64,000 nt of DNA. It comes from Escherichia phage vB_Eco_QOTSP. Below the pieces are notes generated by a model. The model searched no databases. It was not told the origin of the DNA and saw nothing but the letters and a program-made list of their open reading frames with translations. The stretch lies in the sequence record OY720014. One strand, 5' to 3'. How positions within the stretch are numbered: position 1 is the stretch's first letter; the number at the start of each line of letters is the position of its first letter. Positions 49,149 through 58,652 of this stretch are shown here, piece by piece. Position numbers and translations under genes: made by a program.

Positions 49149-49460
49149 ATGATTAGTTTTGAGCGGTATGTGGTAGAGAGTTGGAAGGGTTTTGATATGT
49201 TCGGTAATGACTATTATTTTTACGAATGTAGTCTAAATCCTAGTTTTTGGGCTGGACGTGAACGAGATCTCGAAGAAATTAATGCTCGTGCCGAATTGTT
49301 AGGTGAACTGCCTACGGTTTATTTTACCTTTGATGCATCTGGATTTGTTATCCAGGTTTATTTTCCTGAAGAAAACTCTGGTGAGGATTCTGTTAATCCT
49401 CCTTATTGGGCTTACCAAGGAATTATTTCTCGTGGAACAAAACTCGAACTTAAAGAATAA
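49149..49460 (+). CDS. hypothetical protein
   Basis: 103-aa ORF. Confidence 0.6.
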   Translation: MISFERYVVESWKGFDMFGNDYYFYECSLNPSFWAGRERDLEEINARAELLGELPTVYFTFDASGFVIQVYFPEENSGEDSVNPPYWAYQGIISRGTKLELKE

Positions 49461-49461
49461 G

Positions 49462-49755
49462 ATTGAAGTCTATGGAATTCCAGATGAAGTAGGTCGTTGT
49501 CCTGGATGTCAATCAGTTACAAAACTTCTAAAGGAGCTCAATGCTCCTTTTACTTTCTATAAAGTTCTTACTAATAATGGTAAGATTGAGTACGATCGCC
49601 CATTGATTGTATCTCTTGCCAAACGCGCCGGATTCACATCTCTTAATATTCGGTATCCTGTCATTTTCATTAATGATTCTAGACAAAAGAACATTAAACA
49701 CTTCAAAGAAACTCTCATTTCACTTGGATATGATAGAGATATCATAGAAGATTAA
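49462..49755 (+). other. glutaredoxin-like coding segment with no in-frame ATG/GTG/TTG start (possible frameshifted or fused gene)
   Basis: Frame reads KIEVYGIPDEVGRCPGCQ... (Grx fold, CPGC); the only in-frame start is GTG 49303 inside the upstream gene in another frame. Confidence 0.4.
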
Positions 49756-49759
49756 GACG

Positions 49760-49780
49760 GGCCCTCTGGGCCTTTCTTTC
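49760..49780 (+). terminator. GC-rich hairpin terminator
   Basis: ggccc-tct-gggcc followed by T-rich tract. Confidence 0.5.
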
Positions 49781-49853
49781 TCGCATTCTGTATATTACCA
49801 TTCTAAGCTATCGTTCCTTTCTTATCATTCCCTAAAATATTTTTCACAAAGTT

Positions 49854-49883
49854 GTTTACAACAAGTTCAAACCGTGGTATTAT
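49854..49883 (+). promoter_or_regulatory. early promoter (GTTTAC -35, TATTAT -10)
   Basis: tttcacaaagttGTTTACa, 18-nt spacer, TGgTATTAT. Confidence 0.65.
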
Positions 49884-50089
49884 TAACATATGAATTACCT
49901 TTGAGGAATTGATATGGTTGTGGTTGATAAAGAAATTAAAAAGGGGGCAGTATTATCTCATTAATGGTAATGCTGTTCGTGTTACTCATGTAAATAGTTT
50001 TGAAGTTTGCTATATTATACTCAAGTTACATAAACGCATGATTTGCGATCGTGCTGCATTTAGTTCAGTTGCTAAGGAAATTAAACTCC

Positions 50090-50383
50090 ATGGGTAAAAC
50101 GTATCGTCGTAAAGATTTAAAAGTACGTGATTATGACTATTTCGGAAAGCGTAAAGCTCCTGATGGGGTAAGTCATAAAGATATGGTTGAAAACATTTTT
50201 CGCTCAGATAAATGGCGTAGAATGAAAGGTATTGATTCAGAAGTTAAAGATGAGCTAAATCGCCAATTACGTGGTGAAGTAAGAAAGTTGAAAAAATCAG
50301 TTTACATTGACGATGATTTTGATTATAATACTTCTCAACGAGTTGCTAAACGTAAATCAAACGAGTGTTATCGTTACAGCTGA
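50090..50383 (+). CDS. hypothetical basic protein
   Basis: ORF track 50051..50383 trimmed to ATG 50090; 97 aa. Confidence 0.5.
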   Translation: MGKTYRRKDLKVRDYDYFGKRKAPDGVSHKDMVENIFRSDKWRRMKGIDSEVKDELNRQLRGEVRKLKKSVYIDDDFDYNTSQRVAKRKSNECYRYS

Positions 50384-50390
50384 GGAAATT

Positions 50391-50522
50391 ATGAATATCA
50401 AACGAATGCTTTTTAAGCAGGGGTTATACACTTTAAATGTTACTCCAAAAGGTGATACAACTAAGTGGTCAGTAAATGACTGGATTAAATTTATTGATGA
50501 AAACGGTAACTGGAAAATTTAA
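50391..50522 (+). CDS. small hypothetical protein (43 aa)
   Basis: ATG after GAGGAAATT; ORF track 50307..50522 reads through in a frame overlapping the upstream gene. Confidence 0.4.
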   Translation: MNIKRMLFKQGLYTLNVTPKGDTTKWSVNDWIKFIDENGNWKI

Positions 50523-50723
50523 ATGAATCCTGAATCTAAATTATCACAACGAATTGCCGAATCTCGTCGTCAGTTCTTTGAAAATATGATAGCCCAAGGT
50601 ATTGATGATGAAGTTTTTCTAAACTGGTTTTGGAATCACAAATATTCAAGTTGCTCAGGAGCAATATTAATATCAGCCGCAATGATGTATGAAGGCTGGA
50701 AGGGTGCCAAAAAGTTTAGCTAA
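50523..50723 (+). CDS. hypothetical protein
   Basis: 66-aa ORF followed by a terminator. Confidence 0.5.
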   Translation: MNPESKLSQRIAESRRQFFENMIAQGIDDEVFLNWFWNHKYSSCSGAILISAAMMYEGWKGAKKFS

Positions 50724-50741
50724 GGGCTTCGGCCCTTTTTG
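50723..50741 (+). terminator. rho-independent terminator (UUCG-loop hairpin plus U-tract)
   Basis: agggcttcggccct followed by ttttt. Confidence 0.75.
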
Positions 50742-50775
50742 GATAATAAAATTTTAACGTAATTGAGGATAATGT

Positions 50776-51102
50776 ATGACTATTCAAATTAAAAACGCCA
50801 TCAATTCTTACGCATATGATAAAGTAGTTTCTTTGTTAGAAAAAGGCGATATTGTAACTCCTCAAATTTTGGATAAATGGGAAAAAGAGCTTCATCAGAC
50901 GATGAAACAGAATGATCAGAAGATTGGACGTAATACTGTCCGTGAATTGCTGGTTCAATATATCTTGTCGGAATTTGATGTTAAAGCTTTTGGCGTAGAA
51001 TCTAAAGCTTATCAAAAGCATGAAATTTCCGATAAAACTATTCGTCGCATGAAAAATCAACGCAAGAAAAAATTTGCAGACCTGAAAATTGCTAAGGTAT
51101 GA
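50776..51102 (+). CDS. hypothetical protein
   Basis: 108-aa ORF with GAGGATAA ribosome-binding site. Confidence 0.55.
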   Translation: MTIQIKNAINSYAYDKVVSLLEKGDIVTPQILDKWEKELHQTMKQNDQKIGRNTVRELLVQYILSEFDVKAFGVESKAYQKHEISDKTIRRMKNQRKKKFADLKIAKV

Positions 51103-51320
51103 ATATGAACGAAGCTCTTATTAACGATTTGCGTCTTTCCGGATATGAAGTAAATACAAATGGCATTGGTTTAACTCAAATTGAAGGAAACGGATTCATC
51201 CTTGAGTATGAATTTAGCCAATGGTGGTTATATGCCAATTACGGCGAATTGATTGAATATGTTGATCAATTTGATTCACTAGATGCAGCTCTTGAAGCGG
51301 CTAAGTTGATGAATGTATGA
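51099..51320 (+). CDS. hypothetical protein
   Basis: 73-aa ORF. Confidence 0.5.
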   Translation: MNMNEALINDLRLSGYEVNTNGIGLTQIEGNGFILEYEFSQWWLYANYGELIEYVDQFDSLDAALEAAKLMNV

Positions 51321-51586
51321 AATTTATTAATATTTCTATTACTATTGAAAATTATGGCATTTTCTATGTTGACCAATACATGAAAATTTCATTTTTCCCA
51401 AATAAGACTGGTGTTGGATATTGGGAAAGTCATGTTTCTGAATTAAATGAAAGTGAATATGCTAGCACACATGAAAAGTTTTTAGACTTTTTATATCATG
51501 CTGATTTAACTAGTCATTATATAGATATTCATGAATTTAAAAAGATGATGGAGAAAGTGTTCCAAGCATACTGTTTACTTAGATAA
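51317..51586 (+). CDS. hypothetical protein
   Basis: 89-aa ORF. Confidence 0.5.
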   Translation: MKFINISITIENYGIFYVDQYMKISFFPNKTGVGYWESHVSELNESEYASTHEKFLDFLYHADLTSHYIDIHEFKKMMEKVFQAYCLLR

Positions 51587-51601
51587 CTGATTCATCCTCT
51601 A

Positions 51602-51626
51602 TGCTTTAAGATAGATCTTCAAATAT
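51602..51626 (+). promoter_or_regulatory. MotA-type middle promoter upstream of gene 55
   Basis: TGCTTTA box, 12-nt spacer, AAATAT -10-like hexamer. Confidence 0.4.
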
Positions 51627-51666
51627 TATGATATAATAGATCTATGAATTGAGCTAAGAGGTGAAA

Positions 51667-52224
51667 ATGTCAGAAACTAAGCCTAAATATAATTACGTAA
51701 ACAATAAAGAGCTTTTACAAGCTATTATTGATTGGAAAACAGAATTAGCAAATAATAAAGACCCAAATAAAGTAGTTCGTCAGAATGATACTATCGGATT
51801 AGCCATTATGCTTATTGCAGAAGGCTTATCTAAACGTTTCAACTTTTCAGGATACACCCAGTCTTGGAAACAAGAAATGATTGCAGATGGTATAGAAGCT
51901 TCTATTAAGGGGCTTCATAATTTTGATGAAACGAAATATAAAAACCCACATGCGTATATAACTCAAGCTTGTTTTAATGCATTCGTCCAACGTATTAAAA
52001 AAGAACGTAAGGAAGTTGCAAAGAAATATAGTTACTTCGTTCACAATGTCTATGACAGCCGTGACGACGATATGGTTGCGTTAGTAGATGAAACTTTTAT
52101 TCAAGACATCTACGATAAAATGACGCATTACGAAGAATCAACCTATAGAACACCGGGGGCTGAAAAGAAAAGTGTTGTAGACGATTCTCCTAGTTTGGAT
52201 TTTTTATATGAGGCTAACGATTAA
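51667..52224 (+). CDS. 55: late-transcription sigma factor gp55
   Basis: ORF track 51661..52224 (GTG) trimmed to ATG 51667; 185 aa, [23 protein letters not shown] recognised as T4 gp55. Confidence 0.93.
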
Positions 52225-52426
52225 CCTCTCCGGATTCTTGGAAGAAATACCTGAAGTTGAAGCTATTCCCTATTTACTTAAAATGTATCTCAGGGAAGTT
52301 TTAGCTCTTGACATTGATATTGATCCAGAAAATCCGTATGATACCGCTTTTAAATCTAATGGTGTAGAATTAAATTACAGGTATCATTTAACAGATGATG
52401 ATTTTTATTTTATATTAGAGAAATAA
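52208..52426 (+). CDS. hypothetical protein
   Basis: 72-aa ORF. Confidence 0.5.
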
Positions 52427-52427
52427 T

Positions 52428-52745
52428 ATGACTGATAAACCCGAAATTAATGATGAAGTGGAAAAGCTTATTTCTTCTATTGAAGAAAAGAACCGTCTTG
52501 AAGCAGAAAGAAAAGCAAATAAGTTATTGTCTAAAAACAAACGCGAACTGAATCGTCTTTATAAGCACGCTCAGATCGCAGCTGAAAACAATAATTTTGC
52601 TCAATACGAATATGCTATCAAGAAAAGTCGGGATATTCTAAAACAGCCATATAACGATGAACTCATCAGTATTCTTTGGAAGACTACTAGATCGCAAATT
52701 GAGGATATGATTGATGCTTACACACGTAAAATTCAAGCGTCTTAA
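52428..52745 (+). CDS. hypothetical protein
   Basis: 105-aa ORF. Confidence 0.55.
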   Translation: MTDKPEINDEVEKLISSIEEKNRLEAERKANKLLSKNKRELNRLYKHAQIAAENNNFAQYEYAIKKSRDILKQPYNDELISILWKTTRSQIEDMIDAYTRKIQAS

Positions 52746-52917
52746 AATTAATGCAGGATTTACTGAATCTTTGAATGGTCATCTTTGTGTGAAAATTTCT
52801 GAAAAAGAATACCATGATAGTTCAATTAAAGAAGTTAATCCTCCTATTGTAAGAGCAGACCCTAATATGAAAGTGTGGGTTGATTCTTATCAAGTCAAAA
52901 AATGGTGGCAGTTATGA
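52711..52917 (+). CDS. hypothetical protein
   Basis: 68-aa ORF overlapping upstream gene. Confidence 0.45.
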   Translation: MMLTHVKFKRLKINAGFTESLNGHLCVKISEKEYHDSSIKEVNPPIVRADPNMKVWVDSYQVKKWWQL

Positions 52918-53093
52918 AAGATGAACACCCAGACTTCTGAAATAGATTATAATAAAATTCGTTCCTCTAAAGAGGAAATGATGAGACTCTTTAAAGCGTC
53001 TCATGATAAAGCTAAAGCAGAAGGAACTATAAAATATAAGCGCATAAAATTTAAAAGTTCTAACGAGCCTCTGTATGGCGTATTATGTGGATA

Positions 53094-53107
53094 GGAGCTT
53101 CGGCTCC
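53094..53107 (+). terminator. GC-rich UUCG-loop hairpin
   Basis: ggagcttcggctcc. Confidence 0.45.
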
Positions 53108-53112
53108 TATAT

Positions 53113-53136
53113 TGCTTTATAAATTTTTGGTAAAAT
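53113..53136 (+). promoter_or_regulatory. MotA-type middle promoter for alpha-glucosyltransferase
   Basis: TGCTTTA box, 11-nt spacer, TAAAAT -10. Confidence 0.45.
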
Positions 53137-53160
53137 AAACCAAAACAAAGAGGATATTAA

Positions 53161-54363
53161 ATGAAAGTATGTATTTTTATGGCTCGAGGTCTTGAAGGTT
53201 GTGGTGTAACTAAATTTTCTCTTGAGCAACGTGATTGGTTTATTAAGAATGGTCATGAAGTAACTTTGGTTTATGCTAAAGATAAATCATTTACTCGTAA
53301 TTGCGCGCATGATTATAAATCATTTTCAATTCCGGTTTTATTGGCAAAAGAATATGATAAAACACTTAAGCTGGTAAATGATTGTGATATTCTAATTATC
53401 AATTCAGTTCCTGCTACTTCGGTTGAAGAAGACACTATTAATAACTATAAAAAAATTATTGATAACATTAAACCTTCTGTTCGTGTTGTAGTTTATCAAC
53501 ATGACCATTCTTCTCTTTCTTTGCGCCGAAATTTGGGATTAGAAGAAACTGTTCGTCGAGCTGATGTTATTTTTAGCCATTCTGATAATGGTGATTTTAA
53601 TAAAGTTCTGATGAAAGAATGGTATCCTGAAACAGTTTCTCTGTTTGATGATATTGAAGAAGCACCGACAGTATATAACTTTCAGCCTCCTATGGATATT
53701 GCGAAGGTTCGGTCAACCTACTGGAAAGATGTTTCTGAAATTAACATGAATATCAATCGTTGGATTGGTCGTACGACTACATGGAAAGGTTTTTATCAGA
53801 TGTTTGATTTTCATGAAAAACATCTTAAACCTGCAGGACTAAGTACTATTATGGAAGGTCTGGAACGTTCTCCAGCGTTCATTCCTATTAAAGAAAAAGG
53901 AATTCCATACGAGTATTATCGTCTTCATCAAGTAGACCAAATTAAAATTGCTCCTAATTTGCCAACGCAAATTCTTGACCGTTATGTAAATAGCGAAATG
54001 CTTGAACGTATGAGTAAATCCGGATTTGGTTATCAGTTGAGTAAGTTGGATAAAAAATATCTACAGCGCTCTTTAGAATATACTCATCTCGAGCTTGGTG
54101 CATGTGGAACAATTCCGGTATTTTGGAAATCTACTGGCGAAAATTTAAAATTCCGTGTTGATAATACTCCTTTGACCTCGCATGATAGCGGTATCATTTG
54201 GTTTGATGAAAATGATATGGAATCAACATTTGAACGTATTAAAGAACTGTCATCTGACCGAGCTCTTTATGACCGTGAGCGTGAAAAAGCATATGAATTT
54301 TTGTATCAGCATCAAGATTCAAGCTTCTGCTTTAAAGAACAGTTTGACATTATTACAAAATAA
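53161..54363 (+). CDS. agt: DNA alpha-glucosyltransferase
   Basis: 400 aa; CIFMARGLEGCGVTKFSLEQRDWFIKNGHEVTLVYAKDKSF recognised as T4 alpha-gt. Confidence 0.93.
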   Translation: MKVCIFMARGLEGCGVTKFSLEQRDWFIKNGHEVTLVYAKDKSFTRNCAHDYKSFSIPVLLAKEYDKTLKLVNDCDILIINSVPATSVEEDTINNYKKIIDNIKPSVRVVVYQHDHSSLSLRRNLGLEETVRRADVIFSHSDNGDFNKVLMKEWYPETVSLFDDIEEAPTVYNFQPPMDIAKVRSTYWKDVSEINMNINRWIGRTTTWKGFYQMFDFHEKHLKPAGLSTIMEGLERSPAFIPIKEKGIPYEYYRLHQVDQIKIAPNLPTQILDRYVNSEMLERMSKSGFGYQLSKLDKKYLQRSLEYTHLELGACGTIPVFWKSTGENLKFRVDNTPLTSHDSGIIWFDENDMESTFERIKELSSDRALYDREREKAYEFLYQHQDSSFCFKEQFDIITK

Positions 54364-54377
54364 AGGGCTTCGGCCCT
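54364..54377 (+). terminator. GC-rich UUCG-loop hairpin
   Basis: agggcttcggccct immediately after the agt stop. Confidence 0.55.
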
Positions 54378-54379
54378 TT

Positions 54380-54404
54380 AGCTTTATACGGAGTTTGATA
54401 TAAT
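54380..54404 (+). promoter_or_regulatory. MotA-type middle promoter upstream of gene 47
   Basis: AGCTTTA box variant, 12-nt spacer, TATAAT. Confidence 0.45.
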
Positions 54405-54539
54405 GATATTTCTTGGATATGTGATACTTTTTCTTGCATTTTATCTATTCACTAGAGCATGTTGGATTGGGTTCTTTAGCACTCCAGATGGATTTATTTC
54501 AATAATTTTATTTTGCATTTCAATGACGGTTCTTGATAT

Positions 54540-55559
54540 ATGAAAATTTTAAATTTAGGTGATTGGCATTTAGGCGTTAAAGCCGATGATGAGTGGGTTC
54601 AATCCATTCAGTTGGATGGAATTAAGCAAGCGATAGAATATTCTAAGAAAAATGGAATTACTACCTGGATTCAATACGGCGATATTTTTGATGTGCGAAA
54701 AGCAATCACGCATAAAACTATGGAGTTCGCTCGTGAAATAGTTCAAATGCTTGATGATGCTGGTATTACCCTACATACTGTTGTAGGAAACCATGATATG
54801 CACTTTAAAAATACTTTAACTCCAAATGCCTCTACTGAGCTTTTGGCTAAATATCCTAATGTTAAAGTATATGATAAGCCTACTACAGTAGATTTTGACG
54901 GATGTTTAATTGATTTAATTCCTTGGATGTGTGAAGAAAATACTGGTGAAATTCTTGAACACATCAAAACTTCATCTGCTTCTTTTTGCGTTGGTCACTG
55001 GGAACTGAACGGATTTTATTTTTATAAAGGAATGAAATCTCACGGTCTTGAACCTGATTTCCTTAAGACTTATAAGGAAGTGTGGTCTGGTCACTTCCAT
55101 ACTATCTCTGAGGCTGCTAACGTCAGATATATTGGGACACCATGGACACTAACTGCAGGTGACGAGAATGACCCTCGTGGGTTCTGGATGTTTGATACAG
55201 AAACAGAACGAATGGAATTTATTCCAAACAACACTACCTGGCATCGTAGAATTCATTATCCATTTAAAGGAAAAATTGATTATAAAGATTTTACAAATCT
55301 ATCAGTACGTGTTATAGTAACTGAAGTAGACAAAAATCTAACGAAGTTCGAATCTGAACTAGAAAAAGTTGTGCATTCATTACGAGTTGTGTCAAAAATT
55401 GATAACTCTGTCGAGTCAGATGACAGTGAAGAAGTTGAAGTTCAATCTCTTCAGACGTTGATGGAAGAATACATTAATGCAATTCCAGACATCACTGATT
55501 CTGACCGTGAAGCACTTATTCAATATGCAAATCAGCTATATGTAGAGGCAACACAATGA
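54540..55559 (+). CDS. 47: recombination endonuclease subunit gp47 (Mre11/SbcD-like)
   Basis: 339 aa; phosphoesterase motifs LNLGDWHLG, GDIFD, GNHD. Confidence 0.93.
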   Translation: MKILNLGDWHLGVKADDEWVQSIQLDGIKQAIEYSKKNGITTWIQYGDIFDVRKAITHKTMEFAREIVQMLDDAGITLHTVVGNHDMHFKNTLTPNASTELLAKYPNVKVYDKPTTVDFDGCLIDLIPWMCEENTGEILEHIKTSSASFCVGHWELNGFYFYKGMKSHGLEPDFLKTYKEVWSGHFHTISEAANVRYIGTPWTLTAGDENDPRGFWMFDTETERMEFIPNNTTWHRRIHYPFKGKIDYKDFTNLSVRVIVTEVDKNLTKFESELEKVVHSLRVVSKIDNSVESDDSEEVEVQSLQTLMEEYINAIPDITDSDREALIQYANQLYVEATQ

Positions 55560-55819
55560 CTTTTGATGAATTTAAAAATGTTATGATGAGTCAGCATTTT
55601 GAATGCGAAGTAAAAGATGATATTGGGCATAAAGAAATTATTGAATATTGGTTTGAACCGTTAGAGGTTGAAGATAATTGTATTAAAAAGGTTACAGTCT
55701 GCACTGACTGGGCTGTATCTTTTAACTTCAACATTTTAGATAATGACACACCTAAATCATTACGAGATATGGCTGTATCTTGTATTAAGGATGCATACTG
55801 TGAAGTTTTCGACATTTGA
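55556..55819 (+). CDS. hypothetical protein
   Basis: 87-aa ORF between 47 and 46. Confidence 0.5.
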   Translation: MTFDEFKNVMMSQHFECEVKDDIGHKEIIEYWFEPLEVEDNCIKKVTVCTDWAVSFNFNILDNDTPKSLRDMAVSCIKDAYCEVFDI

Positions 55820-56006
55820 CATTAATGATGAATTCATAGCAAATATTGATTATATCGAAGAAGATTCTAGATATGTTGGAATAATTTACATTACATCAAA
55901 AACAGCACAAGGCGTTGTTTGCATGGCTGAATTTGACGAATACTTTTTAGATTATGATGATATGATAGAATGGTCTAAAAGATACATTAAAAGGAATCTT
56001 TTGTGA
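55791..56006 (+). CDS. hypothetical protein
   Basis: ORF track 55743..56006 trimmed to ATG 55791; 71 aa. Confidence 0.45.
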   Translation: MHTVKFSTFDINDEFIANIDYIEEDSRYVGIIYITSKTAQGVVCMAEFDEYFLDYDDMIEWSKRYIKRNLL

Positions 56007-57691
56007 AGAATTTTAAACTAAATCGAGTTAGGTATCAAAATATAATGTCAGTAGGTGGAAATCCTATTGACATTCAATTAGATAAGGTTCAAAAAACTCT
56101 TATTACTGGACGAAATGGCGGTGGTAAGTCTACTATGTTAGAAGCCATCACATTTGGGCTTTTTGGCAAGCCATTCCGTGATGTAAAGAAAGGTCAATTA
56201 ATAAACAGCACAAATAAGAAAGAACTTTTAGTTGAACTGTGGATGGAATATGATGAGAAAAAGTACTATATCAAAAGAGGACAAAAACCAAACGTTTTCG
56301 AAATCACCGTTAACGGTACACGTCTTAATGAATCTGCCAGCAGTAAAGATTTCCAAGCAGAATTTGAACAGCTTATCGGAATGTCATATGCCAGTTTCAA
56401 GCAGATTGTTGTCCTTGGTACAGCAGGGTATACCCCTTTCATGGGTTTGTCGACCCCTGCGCGAAGAAAGCTCGTGGAAGACCTGCTCGAGGTAGGAACA
56501 TTAGCTGAAATGGATAAGCTTAATAAAGCACTAATACGTGAATTAAATTCACAAAACCAAGTGCTTGATGTTAAAAAAGATAGTATTATCCAACAAATTA
56601 AAATATATAATGATAACGTTGAACGCCAGAAAAAATTAACGGGTGACAACCTTACTCGTCTTCAAAATATGTATGATGATTTGGCAAAAGAAGCTAGAAC
56701 GCTAAAATCGGAAATAGAAGAAGCTAATGAAAGATTAGTTAATATTGTTTTAGATGAAGACCCGACTGATGCATTTAATAAAATCGGTCAAGAAGCAGTT
56801 TTAATTAAATCAAAAATTGACTCGTATAATAAAGTCATTAATATGTATCACGAAGGTGGATTATGTCCAACCTGCTTGTCACAATTAAGTTCCGGTGATA
56901 AAGTTGTTTCTAAAATTAAAGATAAAGTTTCTGAATGTACGCATTCGTTTGAACAGCTTTCAACACATCGTGATAATTTAAAAGTTCTTGTTGATGAATA
57001 CCGAGATAATATTAAAACCCAGCAGTCGTTGGCAAATGATATTCGCAATAAAAAGCAATCTCTAATCACGACGGTAGATAAAGCTAAAAAAGTTAAAGCA
57101 GCTATAGAAAAAGCATCTTCTGAGTTTATTGACCATGCTGATGAAATAGCACTGCTTCAAGAAGAACTTGATAAAATTGTTAAGACAAAAACTAATTTAG
57201 TAATGGAAAAATACCACCGAGGAATTTTGACTGATATGCTCAAAGATTCTGGTATTAAAGGTGCTATTATTAAAAAGTACATTCCATTATTTAATAAGCA
57301 GATTAACCATTATCTTAAAATAATGGAAGCGGATTATGTGTTTACATTAGATGAAGAATTTAATGAGACAATTAAATCCCGTGGTCGTGAAGATTTTAGT
57401 TATGCTTCATTCAGTCAAGGTGAAAAAGCGCGAATTGATATTGCTCTTTTATTTACTTGGCGTGATATTGCTGAAAAAGTTTCAGGTGTTAAAATAAGTT
57501 GTTTATTTCTTGATGAAGTGTATGACGGTGCATTTGATGCTGAAGGTATTAAAAATGTAGCTAAAATTTTAGATGGTTTGAAGGATACCAACTTCTTCAT
57601 AATTTCACATAAAGACCATGACCCACAAGAATATGGTCAGCATATTCAGATGGAAAAAGTTGGTAGATTTAGTTTAGCTAAGATTAGCTAA
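56003..57691 (+). CDS. 46: recombination endonuclease subunit gp46 (Rad50/SbcC-like ATPase)
   Basis: 562 aa from GTG; Walker A GRNGGGKST, coiled-coil middle with CPTC zinc hook, signature SQGEKARIDIA, Walker B LFLDE. Confidence 0.93.
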   Translation: MKNFKLNRVRYQNIMSVGGNPIDIQLDKVQKTLITGRNGGGKSTMLEAITFGLFGKPFRDVKKGQLINSTNKKELLVELWMEYDEKKYYIKRGQKPNVFEITVNGTRLNESASSKDFQAEFEQLIGMSYASFKQIVVLGTAGYTPFMGLSTPARRKLVEDLLEVGTLAEMDKLNKALIRELNSQNQVLDVKKDSIIQQIKIYNDNVERQKKLTGDNLTRLQNMYDDLAKEARTLKSEIEEANERLVNIVLDEDPTDAFNKIGQEAVLIKSKIDSYNKVINMYHEGGLCPTCLSQLSSGDKVVSKIKDKVSECTHSFEQLSTHRDNLKVLVDEYRDNIKTQQSLANDIRNKKQSLITTVDKAKKVKAAIEKASSEFIDHADEIALLQEELDKIVKTKTNLVMEKYHRGILTDMLKDSGIKGAIIKKYIPLFNKQINHYLKIMEADYVFTLDEEFNETIKSRGREDFSYASFSQGEKARIDIALLFTWRDIAEKVSGVKISCLFLDEVYDGAFDAEGIKNVAKILDGLKDTNFFIISHKDHDPQEYGQHIQMEKVGRFSLAKIS

Positions 57692-58400
57692 GTTTATATT
57701 TACAGTTATCATTATGCCATCTTGATAAATTTCCGAAAGTGGTAACTTTACCACAATGGACGCAAGTACCAGTCTTTTCAGTTTTCTTGCGTCCATTTGG
57801 ATTTTTCTTGCAGAAATTTCTATGCGCTGCGATAACGCATTTCTTGCCTATCATTCCGCAGAATTCGCAGGATGTTTCTTCAAGAACGATTGCTTTAAGC
57901 CCGTTTGAGATATTATTTCTGTGTTCTTTAGACATTGGTGGTCTAACTTTAGGATTAGGGTGATTTGGGCAGTTATCAAAATGCCAACGATTCATATTCC
58001 CGCTTAATCCAGACTTACCGCAATGAGGACAAGTTAGTCTTGCTTTATTAGCTACTGCATCAGACATTTTCTTTCGTGTCTCCTGGGAGAATTCTTTATT
58101 CTTTTCTATTTCCCAGAGTTTACGACGAATCCAACCGAAAGTTTTATTGTTGCGTTTAGCGTATTTCGTAGAAACTGTCATCATGTTAGCAGCATAGACT
58201 AATTTTGGTTCAGAAGGATAAATTTTTACTAAAAGTTGATGAGCTACATAGTGCTCTTCTGGTGTTAAATCTACTAAGTTTGAAGCATCATCGCTGCCAT
58301 TTAAACAGCGTGGTATAATGTGATGAGATTCAGTATAACAATCAAGTTTTCGAGATTTAGCATTAGAGATTAACTTTTCATAAATTAGTTTATAATTCAT
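57684..58400 (-). CDS. HNH homing endonuclease with triple zinc-finger repeats (mob-like)
   Basis: 238 aa; HNH core ESHHIIPRCLNGSDDASNLVDLTPEEHYVAHQ; three C..C..WH..NC repeats; 3' end overlaps gene 46 by 8 nt. Confidence 0.8.
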   Translation of the reverse strand: MNYKLIYEKLISNAKSRKLDCYTESHHIIPRCLNGSDDASNLVDLTPEEHYVAHQLLVKIYPSEPKLVYAANMMTVSTKYAKRNNKTFGWIRRKLWEIEKNKEFSQETRKKMSDAVANKARLTCPHCGKSGLSGNMNRWHFDNCPNHPNPKVRPPMSKEHRNNISNGLKAIVLEETSCEFCGMIGKKCVIAAHRNFCKKNPNGRKKTEKTGTCVHCGKVTTFGNLSRWHNDNCKYKLS

Positions 58401-58434
58401 AACATATCCTTTTGATACAGCGAGTGATAAACAT

Positions 58435-58442
58435 ATTTATAC
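58435..58442 (-). promoter_or_regulatory. late promoter TATAAATA (minus strand) for the HNH endonuclease
   Basis: Plus-strand tatttata about 35 nt upstream of the endonuclease start codon (58400). Confidence 0.5.
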
Positions 58443-58451
58443 GGAGGAACT

Positions 58452-58643
58452 GTGGCAGAATATTCAACTGGACAGCATCTATTAACTATTCCTGAAATAA
58501 AACGATATATTCTGAGAAATAATTTTTCTAATGAAGAGCATATAGTTACTGAATCTATGCTTAGGAATGCATTTAAATCAGAATATACAAAAATAATGTC
58601 CAATAGAAATGAAGCTTGGACTGTTACTGATTATTATGACTAA
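58452..58643 (+). CDS. hypothetical protein (positional equivalent of T4 45.2)
   Basis: 63-aa ORF from GTG after GGAGGAA. Confidence 0.5.
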   Translation: MAEYSTGQHLLTIPEIKRYILRNNFSNEEHIVTESMLRNAFKSEYTKIMSNRNEAWTVTDYYD

Positions 58644-58652
58644 AGGTGTATT

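Noticed and set aside
49303-49755. 150-aa ORF from GTG 49303 as the true glutaredoxin-like gene
   Set aside because: The first 50 codons overlap the upstream gene in another frame and read as a leucine/isoleucine-rich out-of-frame artefact; only the distal glutaredoxin-like part looks genuine.
54403-54543. 46-aa hydrophobic ORF upstream of gene 47
   Set aside because: Its ATG overlaps the -10 hexamer of the predicted middle promoter, so a transcript from that promoter would not include it.
56232-57600. Short ORFs (plus and minus) inside gene 46 (56232..56495, 56266..56649, 56848..57069, 57415..57600)
   Set aside because: Embedded in the conserved gp46 reading frame; no independent start signals.
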